Shown here: one piece after another, positions 39,036 through 52,730 of the stretch | How positions within the stretch are numbered: the stretch's first letter is position 1 | Layout of the letters: each line of letters opens with the position of its first letter | NCBI RefSeq assembly: GCF_009914755.1 | Contig: NC_060925.1 | Source of the DNA: the human T2T-CHM13v2.0 reference genome, Homo sapiens | Direction: 5' to 3' (one strand) | DNA: 64,000 nt | Translations under genes and position numbers: made by a program | The notes under the pieces: model-generated | Told to the model about the DNA's origin: nothing | Database searches by the model: none | What the model saw: the letters and a program-made list of their open reading frames with translations, nothing else

Positions 39036-39538
39036 TTTTTTTTTTTAATTTAGGGTCTCACTCTAGCACCCAGGCTGAAGTGCAGTGGTATAACCTCGGC
39101 TCACTACAGCCTCAAGCTCCCGGGCTCAAGTGATCCTCCAGCCTCAGGCCCCTGAGTAGCTGGGACTACGGATCAGACGCATGCCACTATGCCAAGCGAT
39201 TCTCCTGCCTTAGCCTCCCAAGTAGCTGGGACTACAGGCACGCATCACCACACCCAGCTAATTTTTGTGTTTTTAATACAGACGGAGTTTCACCATGTTG
39301 GCCAGGATGGTCTCTGTCTCTTGACCTCGTGATCCGCCCGCCTTGGACTTCCAGAGTGCTGGGATTACAGGCATGAGCCACCACGCCCAGCCTTGTTTTT
39401 GTATATTTTGTAGAGACAGGTCTTACTATGTTGCCCAGGTTTGTCTTGGAGCTCCACTCCAAGGTGGAGCTCAAGCGATCCACCTGCCTCAGCCTCCCAA
39501 AGTGCTGGGATTACAGATGTGAGCCACCATGCCCAGCC
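39036..39538 (-). mobile_element. Composite Alu: AluJ split by a truncated AluSc-like element (about 39193-39392)
   Basis: AluJ right arm, abrupt switch at CAAGC into an AluS body (gccaggatggtctc...ttgacctcgtgatccg), then AluJ left arm. Confidence 0.85.
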
Positions 39539-39762
39539 TTCATGGGTAAGTTTTTTTTTTTCCTTTTCTTCCAAATATATAAATGGTAAGTCTTCTGCAA
39601 ATAATAGGGCCTCCAGGTTTTACTTGCAAAAACAGGCCCATGCTATACACATCATTCTGCAAACTGCTGAATACACTTCATACATTACAGACATATTTCT
39701 GTGACAGTATATTTTAGAGCTACCTTATTTTTTTTTAAATCCACATATTATAATTTGTTTAA

Positions 39763-40082
<320 letters not shown>

Positions 40083-40599
40083 AAACAAACCTTTATTTGA
40101 TGAACATTCAGGTTATTTGTTGAATTGGATTGAATTAACAAGTGAATCGGTTAAACAATGTGCAACAATGCCTATTTATGCTGAGGTTGTAAAAATGAAG
40201 TATTTCTTTCCCTCTCTCCTAAATCTATATAACTCTGACTTCACATTTCAGCAAGTGAAAAAGTAGTTAAATGACCCCAGAATTATTAGTCAGAAAAATG
40301 CATCGCAGCCCTCTCCACCTTCCAAAACACTCCAGAAAGTGAGGTTGAGGGTAGCTTGCCAAGACTTGGCCCTTCTGGTGTGAATGACATTCTGGACTCT
40401 TGAACATAAACTGCTGGCAGTGTTAGCTTGCTTTGCATTAGCCAATTGTTGCTTCTCAAAGAAGGGCAGCAGGATGTGGATCTTTGCCTCATTACAACAT
40501 TCTAGTTGCAGTGGCCCTTTTGAAAGGAACTCCCTGCAATCTTATGTATCTCTGGGATATGAAGGTGCAGACAGGGCTTGGCTGTGTTCTCACTTACTG

Positions 40600-41552
<953 letters not shown>

Positions 41553-42599
41553 TAGCTATCCAGAGCAGTTGGACCCTGCTCAGACCTGTCTTAAGTTCTC
41601 ACTTCCCAATCTCCCTCAGGCCAAAACAGTGGTGGTAGTGGGGGTGAAGGTGGCCCCTCCAAGCTCACACTCCTGGGTCCAGCTGTTCCTTGATCCTCGG
41701 CCTTCCCTGTGCCGTCTCTGCAGACAGCACAAACAGAGGCAACTTCCTAACCTGCTAGAAGACCCCAGAGGAGAAGCACGGTCTGAATTCAGGAGGCTGA
41801 GGTTGGACACCAAGTGGCTGCTTTTTGGTGTTTTAGGATACCCTCTACCTTGGCTCAGTCCTTTATCAGGCCCAACCCTTGCGGTCAGCCCCTGACCCCC
41901 CTGAAGTCTAGGCTGTGGTCTGGCCTCTGAGGGAGAGGAGCATCTGCCACCACTTGCCCTCGGGCCTGGGAAGGGGCCAAGTTTGGATCCTCTGCTGGGG
42001 AGATATCTGTGTCTCCTGGGTGCAGGAGACCTTCTTGGATTTGGGAGTGCTTGCTGTATGAGGAGCTGAAGTGGGGACAGTCAGAGGCAGGGGGGCAGGA
42101 GGGTGTCCCAGGAAGACAACATTCTTAGGGATAGGCCAGCTTGGGCTTCTGAGCAGCTAGGTACATAGATGGGGCACCCTCTCCAGAGCTCTGCTGACCC
42201 CAACCTGGTCTCCAATCTTTCCCCTTCCCTATGTAGCTGTAGGCTGGACACCGTGCTTCCTCCATCCTGGCCTTTGTCATGTTCTTCCCCTGCTGCAGTG
42301 CCTTCAGCTGCCTGGCCCATCAATATTCACTCTTCAAAGTCTAGCTCCACTGGATAAGTCACTTCATGACAGCCAGAATCCGACGTTGAATAGTGAAGCC
42401 ACCCTAGCAGTGTGCTCCTTGCAACCGCCAGGGCCTGCAGCACTGGGCCCGAGGGTGTCTGGGGAGGCTGCACTGCTGCAAGGGCCTGAGAGTTAACACC
42501 TCTCTCCCAAGATCATGTAGAGATACCTTGAAATTGACCTCAATCCATGAGCAACATGAACTGGTGCATGATAATCCAGCTCCCATACTCATGGGTCAG

Positions 42600-43232
42600 A
42601 GAGCTCTAAGGTGTGTGGTTTGCAGTTTCCCAGAGGCTCCCTGTGGGATTAAGCTCCAGATGGCCAAGGTGACCACTTGCTTGTTAGCACACTGGCCTCC
42701 TCCTTTTCCTTGCTTCACTTTCTCATTTCCCTCTAGGTTTCCCTAGGATCACCAGCTGTCATGGACTGATTTGTGTCTCTCCAAATTCATATGTTGAATA
42801 CTTAACCTGCCATGCGATTGTGATTGGAGATAATTCCTTTAGGGAAGCAATGAAGGTTAAATGAGGTCATAGGTGGGAGCTTAATCCAATGGGACTGGGG
42901 TCCCTACAAGAAGAGGAAGACACCAGAGCTCTCTGTCTCCACACACAGAGAAAAGAGGCTGTATGAGGACACAAGAGAAGGTAATAGCTGTCTACAAACC
43001 AACAAGAGAAGCCTCTCCAGAAAATGAACCCTGCTGGAACTTGGTCTTGGACTTTCCAGCCTCCAGAACTGGGAGAAAATAAAGTTCAAAATAAAGTTCT
43101 GTTGTGTAAGCCCCCGAGTCCATGGTATTTTGTTATGGCAGCCCTAGCAGACTAATAACACCTGCTAATTAAACTGCTTGTTCTCCACTTGTTGTCTCAG
43201 GGTCTGTTCCTAGGGAACCTGGACTCAGACAG
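42600..43232 (+). mobile_element. ERVL LTR (LTR16-like) 3' part, split by an MLT1 LTR
   Basis: cagtttcccagagg...ggattaagctccag...ctaggatcacc | MLT1 | taattaaactgcttg...tctcagggtctg...gggaacc...agaca. Confidence 0.6.
42757..43160 (+). mobile_element. MaLR solo LTR (MLT1A/B-like)
   Basis: tgtcatggactgatttgtgtc...aaattcatatgttgaa...ttggactttccagcctccagaact...gtattttgttatggcagccctagcagactaataaca; 5-bp TSD CCAGC/CCTGC. Confidence 0.88.
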
Positions 43233-43279
43233 ATGCTCTGCTTAATTAGACCCCAGGGAAATGTAAATGAAAACCACGT

Positions 43280-43765
43280 GTGATGCCATGTCACAAGTAC
43301 TAGGATAACCAGAAGGAAATCTGACCACATCGGATGCTGGTGAGGTTGGGAAGCTGTCATATTTAGCTGACGGAGGTGTGAGTCGGCAAACCACTTTGGA
43401 AAACTGTTTGTCAGTATGAAATAAAGCTAAAGCTATGTAAACTATATGGCCTAGCAACTTCGCTAATAGGTACGCCTCAGCAGAAATACATACAGACGTT
43501 CACCAAAAGACAGGTGCAAAAATATTCGAAGTAGCACTCTTTGGGGTAACTCCAAATTGGAAGCAGCCCAACTTCCATCAGCAGACTAGATCAACAAATT
43601 GTGGTATAGTCACACAATGAAACACTATACAACAATGAAAAAGGAGAAACTTCTGTTACCTGCTAGGACACAGATGAATCTCAAAAATACAGTGTTATTC
43701 AAAAGAAGCCAGATGCAAACGAGTGCACACCGGAAGACTCAATTTATGTAAAGTTCAAAAGTGTA
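43280..43765 (+). mobile_element. L1M 3' fragment
   Basis: ccactttggaaaactgtttg, aaattgtggtatagtcacacaatga, cagatgaatctcaaaaa...aaaagaagccag. Confidence 0.8.
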
Positions 43766-43769
43766 AGAG

Positions 43770-44225
43770 TCATACAAAAGAGGATACAAAACATTAATGT
43801 ACAGCCCAGTGAGATTCACAGGCAGAAAACACCCATGTAGCTTGCATCTAGGAAAAGAAACAGGCTACAGCCACGACTCCCAAAGCCCCTCCTGCCCTCC
43901 TTTCAGTCACTGACTCCCCAGGGGCATCACCGTCCTGACCTCTAACACCATAGATTACTTTTGCCTGTATTAAAACTGTATAGAAAGGTAATGGTAGGGT
44001 ATGTGCTATTTTGTTTTGTACTTCTCATTTGAGAGATCATCTACATGGCTTTCTGCAGTTGTAGTTTAATTTATGTAGTCATTCTACTATTGCTGGGCTT
44101 TTGAGTCATTTCCATTTGGGCTACCATAAATCATGCTGCTATGAACATTCTAGTACACATTGTTCTGGTGAACATGTCTAGGCATTTCTTTTCAGTATAT
44201 ACCTAGAAGTGAAATAGCTGGTCCA
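43770..44225 (-). mobile_element. L1M fragment (antisense)
   Basis: cctgacctctaacaccatagatta, tgctgctatgaacattctagtac, tatatacctagaagtgaaatagctgg. Confidence 0.75.
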
Positions 44226-45136
44226 TTGTTGGCTTTGATTTCATTTTTCACCTACCCATCTTCCCATCCGCACCATTTTTGCTTTCCTGGTTCCCACTTA
44301 GGGGAATCAAGGAGGTCTCTGATTCCCCTTCCAGGTTAAAGTCAGAGGGCCTCAGTTTCCCTCTCTGGCTAGGGCATGCCTGCTTACTCCAGGTGCTGTG
44401 AGGCTCCAGGACCTTCTTGAGTGAGCAGGAACAGCTTGTAGTCTCTTTAACGCCCTGGCCCAGTTCCTGGCATACCTGAGGCCAAAGGTGTCCCAGAGCA
44501 TGGCTGATAACGGCAGGTGCAGCTCCAGCTGCTCCATGGGCCAGGTGCAGGGAGACAGGCAGTGGGTGAGCCTCGGGTCAGGGCCAGGCCAGGCAGGGGA
44601 AAGGCTGGAATGGACAGGGCTTGAGCCAGGCTAGGTGGTGGCTGGGGCTGAGAGGCCCAGGGTTTCCTGGGTCGGGGCTGGATGGGTCTGGGAACTCTGT
44701 ACCTACCCAAGCACGGCCTGGCTTCCTCAGTGCCTGCCTCCTCTTCTCTGGGCCTTCTTCTGTCAATTGGGAATCAGCGTTGCTTCCTTGCCTGAGTAAG
44801 GATTAAAGGAGATTGTAGATGCTTACTTGGGGTCAGCAGGGCACTGGCTGCCCATTTCACCATCAAGGAAGTTGAAGCTCAGAGAGGTTAAAGGGCTCCT
44901 CTGAGTTACACAGAATTTGAACCCAAGTCCATCCGGCTGTGATGTAAAGACTGCAGTCTTCTAACTTCCTGAGGCAGCCTTGGGGCTGACATAGTGTGAT
45001 TTGAGGAGTCTAAGGAAGGTCAGTTCCCAAAGTCAAGCTGTGTCTTTCCCAGTGCTCGAGTTTCCACCATGAAAGCTTCATTCCTCTGGGTTAATGAATG
45101 CCCTCTTCCAAAAGCATATAGGGATAAGGGGCAAGA

Positions 45137-45226
45137 TCTCTCGTCCAAGTACCAACCAGGCTGGACCCTGCTTAGCTTCCGAGAATGGACGAGATCAGGC
45201 ATGTTCAGGGTGGTATGGTGGTAGAT
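45137..45226 (-). pseudogene. 5S rRNA retropseudogene, 3'-truncated (about nt 1-90 of 5S)
   Basis: Minus strand ATCTACCACCATACCACCCTGAACATGCCTGATCTCGTCCATTCTCGGAAGCTAAGCAGGGTCCAGCCTGGTTGGTACTTGGACGAGAGA aligns to human 5S (GTCTACGGCCATACCACCCTGAACGCGCCCGATCTCGTCTGATCTCGGAAGCTAAGCAGGG...); flanked by GGGGYAAGATCT direct repeats. Confidence 0.95.
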
Positions 45227-45864
45227 GTGGGGTAAGATCTAATGTGGCATGTACAGATGACTCTGGTGGAACTGAGGAACGTGAGCTCTTGAAGGGGTGC
45301 TGAGATCACTTCATTCACTTTCTCATCCCAACCCAGGTCCTGTACCCAGAGAAGGGCACTGAGTTGCTCATACTCACATCCAAGGTCTTACCCCAGGCAG
45401 CCTCCCTGCACTCCCTGGAAGGACCCAGGCCAAAGGCGGCTGAGCCAGAGAGGGTTGCTGAAACCCGGGATTTTTCAGGTGGAGTCCGCCCTGGACCTAC
45501 AGGGCATAGGTGCCTGGGGTGCACTTCTGGAGAAAGGAGGGAAGCCTAGGTGTGGTCTCAAGCCTGAGATAAGCCCTGCCTCTCATTGGCTGCCTGGCTT
45601 ATGCCCATAGCACATGCCCATAGCTCATGCCTATGCCTTCTCTCCCTTGCAGCTCCACAACCCAAACTGACACTGTGCACAGCCCGGGGCTGCAGCTGGG
45701 CTGGCCTCACGCCTGCCAGCACTCCTGGGGTTTGCCCCAGACCTCCACTGAAGTGCTTCAGACCCTAACCAAGTCCCATGTCCTCTCTGAGACAGGGGCC
45801 CTTTTGGACCAAGGTTTTCTTGGCTGCTCAGGCACACATAGTCTCTGCACCTGCTGCTCCTCTG

Positions 45865-46130
45865 TCTTGGGTTGGGGGTCCCTGGAAACAGACCAGAACT
45901 AGGATTTGAGGGCAAGGAGTTCATTTGAGAGGTGATTCCAGGAAGCCATGAGGGATGTGGGAAGTGAGACAGGGAAGGAAGCCAGTATAGGCAAGTTCAT
46001 GAGCAGCTGGCAGGCAACCGGGGCCCTGCCCACTTGGGACCTCTGGGAGACAGGAGATGGTGCAGAGCAAGGCTCAGAGCTGTCCATTCTGGGGAGGGAA
46101 GAAGCTGGGGCATTTATCCACCAACACAGA
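45865..46130 (-). mobile_element. ERVL-type LTR fragment (LTR33/LTR16-like)
   Basis: ggaaacagacc...aggatttgagggcaaggagttcatttgagaggtgattccaggaagc...gggaagtgagacagggaagg...gctggggcatttatccaccaac. Confidence 0.55.
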
Positions 46131-47469
46131 TCACTTATCCATCACCAAGGGCGGTTCCTGAGCCCACAAACTCTGACCTCTGAGAGCTTTCAGGAGTCCT
46201 TAGGGCAGAATCACAGATACCTGCTTAGTGCCAAGGGGATGTGGGTGAGGCTCCGTAAAGGAGAGGGAGAGCCTGCAGCAGAGAGAACCTGAAGAAGGCC
46301 TTGGAGAGCTTGAATCTCAGGCAGCTGCTGACTCGTCTTCTCCGAGGGTTAGTTTCTAGAAAATGGGAGTGAAATACTGCTTTCCTGCAGGTGTCAGGTA
46401 AGGATCAAAAGCGATAAGGCCTGTAAACAGCCTGGGTGCTGCCTGCACGGGAGGAGGTTGATAAATGATACTCTGTCTGCCCTCCTCCGGGGCAAGGGCC
46501 AGGCTGACTCACCTGGTCTGGGGGCACCCAATGACCTGCTGTTTGTACCAAACATTGCCGTCCACAGAGCCCTCACCCTCCCTTCTTTTCCTTCTTTATC
46601 TTTCATTAAAAAAAATCTAATAGTGACTGCTATCTAAGGCATGCCAGGCTAGAGTGGGCTGTGGAGACCCAGGAGTGCCCTGAGCCTGTCCTTACCCTCA
46701 AGAGTTCACAGTCCAATTGGGAAGTTAGACGAGTATGTGGCCAGCTGGTGACACGGGCGTGGGCTTTGACAGGTGAGTAGATGTTTATGAGGGGCAAGGA
46801 GGCAGTGAAGGCAGGGGTGGGGTGGGTAGAGATGGTTCTGGGGACAGAGGGAGGTGAGTAGAGGAAGGTGGGCAGATGGCGGAGCTTGTGTTTTGAGCTC
46901 CTGTGCAACAGAAATCCCAGATGCTGCAGGTGAGGCAGCGGCCAAGCCTGGCCCGGTTGCTACCAGAGCAGGGCTGGCCTGCGGCCTCCTGATTCCCAGC
47001 CAGGGCTTGCCTGATACATCCCTCTCCCACCCTCCCTTGAGCCACGGGAGGTGAGGATGGAGCTGGGGGCTGGGCAGCCCAGGAAACTGAGGCCAGGCTT
47101 TCTGCCCTGGCTCCTCCCTCCTCTTCCCTGCCTACCCCCTGCTTGAGCTTATCCAGCACGGTTCTCCCAGATGCCCTGGAGGTTGGGGTGGGAAATCCAT
47201 GCTTTTTATTCAAATGCCATCCGAATTTTACGTCTATGATATAGACATGTTTTTTTTTTTTTTTAAAAGAAATAACAGTTATAATGACTTACTAATTACT
47301 AGAATAATGAATCTACATGTAAATAAAACAAGATGTTCAGAATTTATACAGTGGTGTTGTTCCTCAGGGTGAGTAGAGGTCCAGGCCAGGGGCAGATGGG
47401 GGCCGGAGGAGTTGTCCTGTCTCACAGACCCTGAGGTGTCCTCTCGGGGGCGTCCCTCACTCACCTATG

Positions 47470-48020
47470 CAAATGCATGCTTGTGTGTATTCACATCTGC
47501 TGAGAGTCATGGGGCAGTATTGCCATACATAGTTAGGTCCACACGTGTACTCAAACACCTCTGGATCCACGTGCTTGGGTGCATGCCCCAATGCACACCC
47601 CAATCTACACTTATATATACATCACGCATGTGCCCTTACACATACTCAGACACCCTCCCTGGTGTGTGGGTTCATGTCACTCACGTGCATCCACACACCA
47701 GCAATCATGGCCTTTCATGCACATCCCACAGGTGCGCATGCATCCTCACCCATGCACACACATCTGTGCAGCCATAATCAGGCAAAGACATGCACATTGA
47801 CGACACTCACATGTACATGTCAATATGGACACACATACACATGCAATAGGAAATACACATATGTGGGTTGTGCATGTGTACCCATCACATGAGACACAAA
47901 CCCACACGCCTCTAGACATGCAGAAAGATCACCAGCTGCATGTACAGGAACTCATTTTACACACAGGCCACTCCTATGCGCATGTGTGCTCACACATGAA
48001 TGGCTCGTATGTGCACAAGT
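47470..48020. repeat. CA/TG-rich low-complexity region
   Basis: Repeated cacatg, tgcaca and catgca words. Confidence 0.6.
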
Positions 48021-48839
48021 ACAATCTCATATTAGCCAGTTGGGACACTACCGTGCAAGGTGGTAGGGAAGGAGTTTCAGATTTCAGGCCCTGAGGGGGC
48101 ATGGGTGCACTTCCTTCCTTTGCCCTCTCCGCCCCTCCCCTGCCCTCATCTGCCACCTCCCAGGAGGAGCCCTCCTCTCACTCTGAGAGTAATTATTGTG
48201 TGTGGCATGTGAAGAGACTTTAGAGGGACAGATTCTGCACCTACTCCCTGGAAGGAATGTCCCCCGTCTTGCAGCTGAGGTGGGAACTTGGAACCCATAG
48301 GGGACAAGGACCTGCCTGGGTCTACACAGCAAGGCCTAGGCAGAGGTGAGACTGAATTCCAGCCTTCTGCAACAAGCCAGTTTGGACTACAGGCTGAGAG
48401 GCAACCAGGACACACCATGCTCCCTGCCTTCAAAACACCTGCAGGCTCAGATACCCTAAAGTCCCCTCATTGCACATGCTTTCAGATGAAGATGTTGTCC
48501 CCAAAAGGTCCCTGTTAAAAGGCATGTTTATTATGGGAGGTGGGGTCAGCTGACAAGGAAGACAGGCCAGTCCCTCCTCCATGCCCAAGCTGCCCTGGAG
48601 GGAAGGACTGAGAGACAGAGGGGCTGAGAGCTAACATCAGCCACAGAGGGACAGACCTGCAGCCAAGCAGATCCTAGATACCAGCGCTGGAAAGCTAGAG
48701 GGATAGAGGGATCCTCTGTACCAACTCAAGATGGAATAGGACTCCATGCCCCTCACTCCCTCCAACCAGAATCCAACCAGGTTGATCTTTTACACATCAG
48801 GATTCCATGTTAATAAATGCTTTCCTCCTTAGATCAACA

Positions 48840-49300
48840 AATAAGAGATTGATAAAACCCAATGCTGGAAAGGCCGAAAGGAAATGGGCATTTATCCCCA
48901 AGTGGTGGTAGGAGTGCAAACAAGAGCCCCATTTCTGGCAGGATATTTAATATGTGGTGTCCTCTGACCCAGTGATTTACCTCTAACAATCTGTCTTTTC
49001 TGGACAAAGATGTATAAACAGGTGTTTACCGCAGCATGTTTGTAAAAACAGTAAATGAAGTCCATCCAAATGGCATCAGTAGGCAAATAGTTAAAACAAA
49101 CAACAGTTTGTGTGCACTGTGGACCACCATGGAGCTGTTGAAACAAACGCTGAGATGGAGCCGTATGTACTGGGCCAGAACGAGCTCTGTGGTGTGAAGA
49201 AAGCAGGTCGCAGAAGCGTAAGATTTATGTTTCCATTTATTATTTTAAAACACGTCTAAAAAGTTAGATATAAAATACATACCTGAATCCATAGAAAAGG
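48840..49300 (+). mobile_element. Ancient L1M fragment
   Basis: gataaaacccaatgctgg...ccatttctggcagg...tgtttaccgcagcatgtttgtaa. Confidence 0.55.
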
Positions 49301-49339
49301 GCTACATATTCTACTTTTGGGCTGACAAGGCAAGGAGAC

Positions 49340-49638
49340 TTTATTTCTTTTATTTGAGACTGAGTTTCGCTCTTGTTGCTCAGGTTGGAGTGCAGTGGCA
49401 CCATCTGGGCTCACTGCAACCTCCGCCTCCTGAGTTCAAGCGATTCCCCGCCTCAGCTTCCCGAGTCGCTGGGACTACAAGCTTGTGCCACCACACCTGG
49501 CTAATTTTTTTTGTATTTTTAGTAGAGACGGGGTTGCACTATGTCGGCCAGGCTGGTCTCAAGCTCCTGACTTTGTGATCAGCCTGCCTTGGCCCCCCCA
49601 AGTGCTGGGATAACAGGCGTGAGCCACCGCGCCCAGCT
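49340..49638 (-). mobile_element. AluS (Sq/Sx-like)
   Basis: Antisense dimer gagtttcgctcttgttgc...; TSD GAGACTTT. Confidence 0.92.
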
Positions 49639-50394
49639 GAGACTTTCTTTTTAACCCAGGTATTCCTATATTCTTTGCATATTTTTAGCAGCAGCTTTTG
49701 TTCATATATTATGTCACCCTTATAATTAAATAGAAAGTATTAAGCATTCTCGTCCCATTATTTAATTGATGAAGGCCCAGAGGAGGCAGAGACCTGCCCA
49801 AGATCATGCTTTGTGTTGTGCTGACTAGGACTGCAGCTCAGACCTTAACCTCACCCAAAGATCTACCTCTGCTGCCCGGTGGCAGGGCGTTGGGGCCCAG
49901 AAAGGAGCAGCCACGGCTTCCTAGGTAGGAATTGGTGGAGGGATGAGGTCTGGGATGCAGGCCAATGATGCTCAGTGGAGGGAGCAGGCCCACCTGGGTG
50001 TGAACGGATGTCCCCTTCCTAGGAGAATCACCTGTGTGCTGAGATGGCAATTCTTTATCACTTGTCCTGACATCCTTGTCCTAGCTTAGGGTCCTGCCTG
50101 GCAGCCTCTGGCTCTGCCACTTGTAGAAATGCTGTGGAGAAGTGCCACGCTTTGCTAAGTGCCCACCGAGTGCCTCCTTTTGTGCTGACCTCCATACACT
50201 GTGTTACTTTGACTGAGGAGGCAGTATGGTACAGTGGTTAAGGCCATCATCTCCAGAGCCAGACTCCTGGGGCAAATCTCACCACTGCTACTCACTAGCT
50301 AACTGACCTTGGTGGGTTACTTAACCTCTCCAGATCTCAGTCTTTTGTCTATAGGACACTAATAGAACCTCCCATAGGGTCATTGAGGTTTCAA

Positions 50395-51015
50395 GTAGAA
50401 AGAACCCAGATGTCTATTAACAGATGAATGAACAAAATATGATCTGGTGCTAAGATGAAATATTATTCAGCCATAAAAAGGAATGGAGTACTGATACATG
50501 CTACAACATGGATAAACCTTGAAAGTATTGCGGTATGTGAGAGAAGACAGACACAAAAGGCCGCATCTGGTATGATTTCATTTATATGAAATGTCCAGAG
50601 TCGGTGAATTTATAGAGGTAGACGTAGATTAGTGGTTGCCTAGGGCTTGGGAGCGGGGTAGTAGGGTAAAGGGAGTGACTGCTAACGGGTAAGGGATTTC
50701 CTTTTGGGGTGGTGAAAATGTTCTGGAATGAGACAGTGGTGATCCTTGTATAACTCTGTGAAAACAATAAATCCACACGTAACGTTGTTGATAGGTTCTT
50801 GGAAATGGTGACTTTAGCGGGAAAGAAATGTAGAGTAGATCCTCGAATAATGTTTCCTTCAATGGAGTTTTGTCGTTACATTGATGAGAAAAACATTTCG
50901 CTTGATGTCACAGTCCCTTAGAACCTATCAACGATGTTAAGTGAGGATTAAAATCCACTGAATTGTGTGCCTTGAAAGGGTGAATGTTATAGTGTATAAA
51001 TTATATCTCAATTTT
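50395..51015 (+). mobile_element. L1MB-type 3' end inserted in a MIR
   Basis: aatattattcagccataaaaaggaatggagtactgatacatgctacaacatggataaaccttgaa...tgaattgt...aaattatatctcaat. Confidence 0.88.
50765..50950. mobile_element. Tigger-derived MITE (MER6B-like) inserted in the L1
   Basis: About 30-bp terminal inverted repeats (atccacacgtaacgttgttgataggttct / agaacctatcaacgatgttaagtgaggat); internal gatcctcgaataa...ttgatgagaaaa. Confidence 0.75.
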
Positions 51016-51096
51016 AAAATGTAGCCAAACAATAAATAGGGAATAAATAGAAAAATTTATGTACAAGTGTACCACACAGTGTTATTTTATTGGTGG

Positions 51097-51693
51097 TGTA
51101 GGGGAGGAAAAAAATTGTTTTCCTGTATCCTTTTATAGACTGTGACTGGGGCTTGCAAATTAAACTGACAAAAGACTAATGAACAGGAGAAAAGGCATAC
51201 AGATTTTATTTGATGTTCCTACTTTAATTGTGATGTACATGAAGGCATTGATTGCATTCATAGAAAAGAAGTGAAGACCCTTTGTTAAAATGGTATATAA
51301 GCCCCCTACCATTTTAACAAAGGATGATACATTTGTGGAGAAATGACAAGATAAAGGAAAAGGGCTTTGTGTTCCTAGGGGTGGCAAATTGTGGGAAGAT
51401 AAATATGTGGGGAAATTAATGGAAGATCAGGGTGATTTCAGCAAGATTGGTTTGTGCAGACTCGTCTTCTTACTGACTTTTTGTCTTCAGTGCTAACTAA
51501 CGGTTGTTCTCTTCCTGCTATAAGAGAGGGAAGGAGAAGAATCTTCCCAAAGGAAAATTTATGTCCCGCTTTTGGGCAGATGTGGGAGGGCAAAGAGCTC
51601 TTTCTACACGTGCAGTTTCTTAATTGCCTTTAGCTCAAAACAATCCTGATGCAAAAGTGGCATATTTGGGGTGGCACGTTCTGATCTTCTTCA
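51097..51693 (-). mobile_element. ERV1-class solo LTR (MER34/MER39-like)
   Basis: TG...CA termini; 4-bp TSD GTGG (51093-51096, 51694-51697); minus-strand start tgaagaagatcagaacgtgccaccccaaatatgccacttttgcatcaggattgttttgagctaaaggc. Confidence 0.85.
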
Positions 51694-52509
51694 GTGGGAA
51701 ATTGGACAAACTTAAATATACACCTACAGGGTAATACATGCCCACATATGGTATTTTATGGGGCAGCTGTATCATGATGTATTATGTAGCTATGAATAAA
51801 ATTTTGGTTTTGGAAATTAAAAAAAAATTAAATAAAGTACTTAGGACAGTATCTGACATCTACTAAGTGCCTTTAGTGTTGGCTGTTATTAATGAACCCG
51901 AGGACAATCCTGTAACCTTGGGCTCCTCATCCCCATATGGCAGATGAGGAAACTGAGGCTCGGAGAGGCAGCATGACATGGATGTTCTGCCCCTCCTTCC
52001 GGTCTGCTGTCAGGGAAGGGCAGGGTCTTGGCATCAGGCTATTCTGGAGCCCGCCTAGGCTCTGCCACTTTCTAGTGGCAAGGTCTTGGTCCAGCACCTT
52101 CCTGCACCACTCTGAGCCTCTGCTGGCCTCAGTGTCCTGCCTGTGGAGGGAGTCATAGCGTTGCAGAAGGATTCTCTGAGCATGTGCAGACTAGCCTGAG
52201 ACTCCTTGGGTAATGTTGGTACTGTGCTTCTGTGACAGGCCCCAGGCAGTGGAACTAGGACCAAATAGGTAGAGACCCCAGAGACAGGATCACTTTCCAC
52301 AGCCTGCCTCGCCTGGAGGTAGTGAGCCAGACATCCCTCAGGGGGACCTGCAGGCCAGGGAAGGAAACTTCAGGAGGAGGCAATTCAAGCAGAGGCCAGG
52401 GGCATGGCCTTTCCCCATCCAGCCAGTGTCCCCAGGCCCTTTTTAAGCCAATTGTCCTTGAGAAAGACACCCCGCCTCCCCAGGGCCTCAGTTTCCCTTG
52501 CTGAACCAG

Positions 52510-52730
52510 TCTAGCATGGTGGTTATGATTAATACAGTCTGGGGGCCCAGATTGCCTGGGTCCACATCCCAGCTTCCCTGCTTTTGCTTTCTAACTGCAT
52601 GACCCTGGGCAGGGAAATTCGCTTCTCTGAGCCTCAGTTTCCTCATCTGCAAGATGGAGATGAGAGCAACACTTATCTTACTTCTTGTAAGAAAAGTGAA
52701 TGCAATGTTCTCACTAGTACTCAGTGTACT
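52510..52730 (-). mobile_element. MIR
   Basis: ctgggtccacatcccagct...tgaccctgggcag...ctctgagcctcagtttcctcatctgcaagatgg. Confidence 0.85.
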
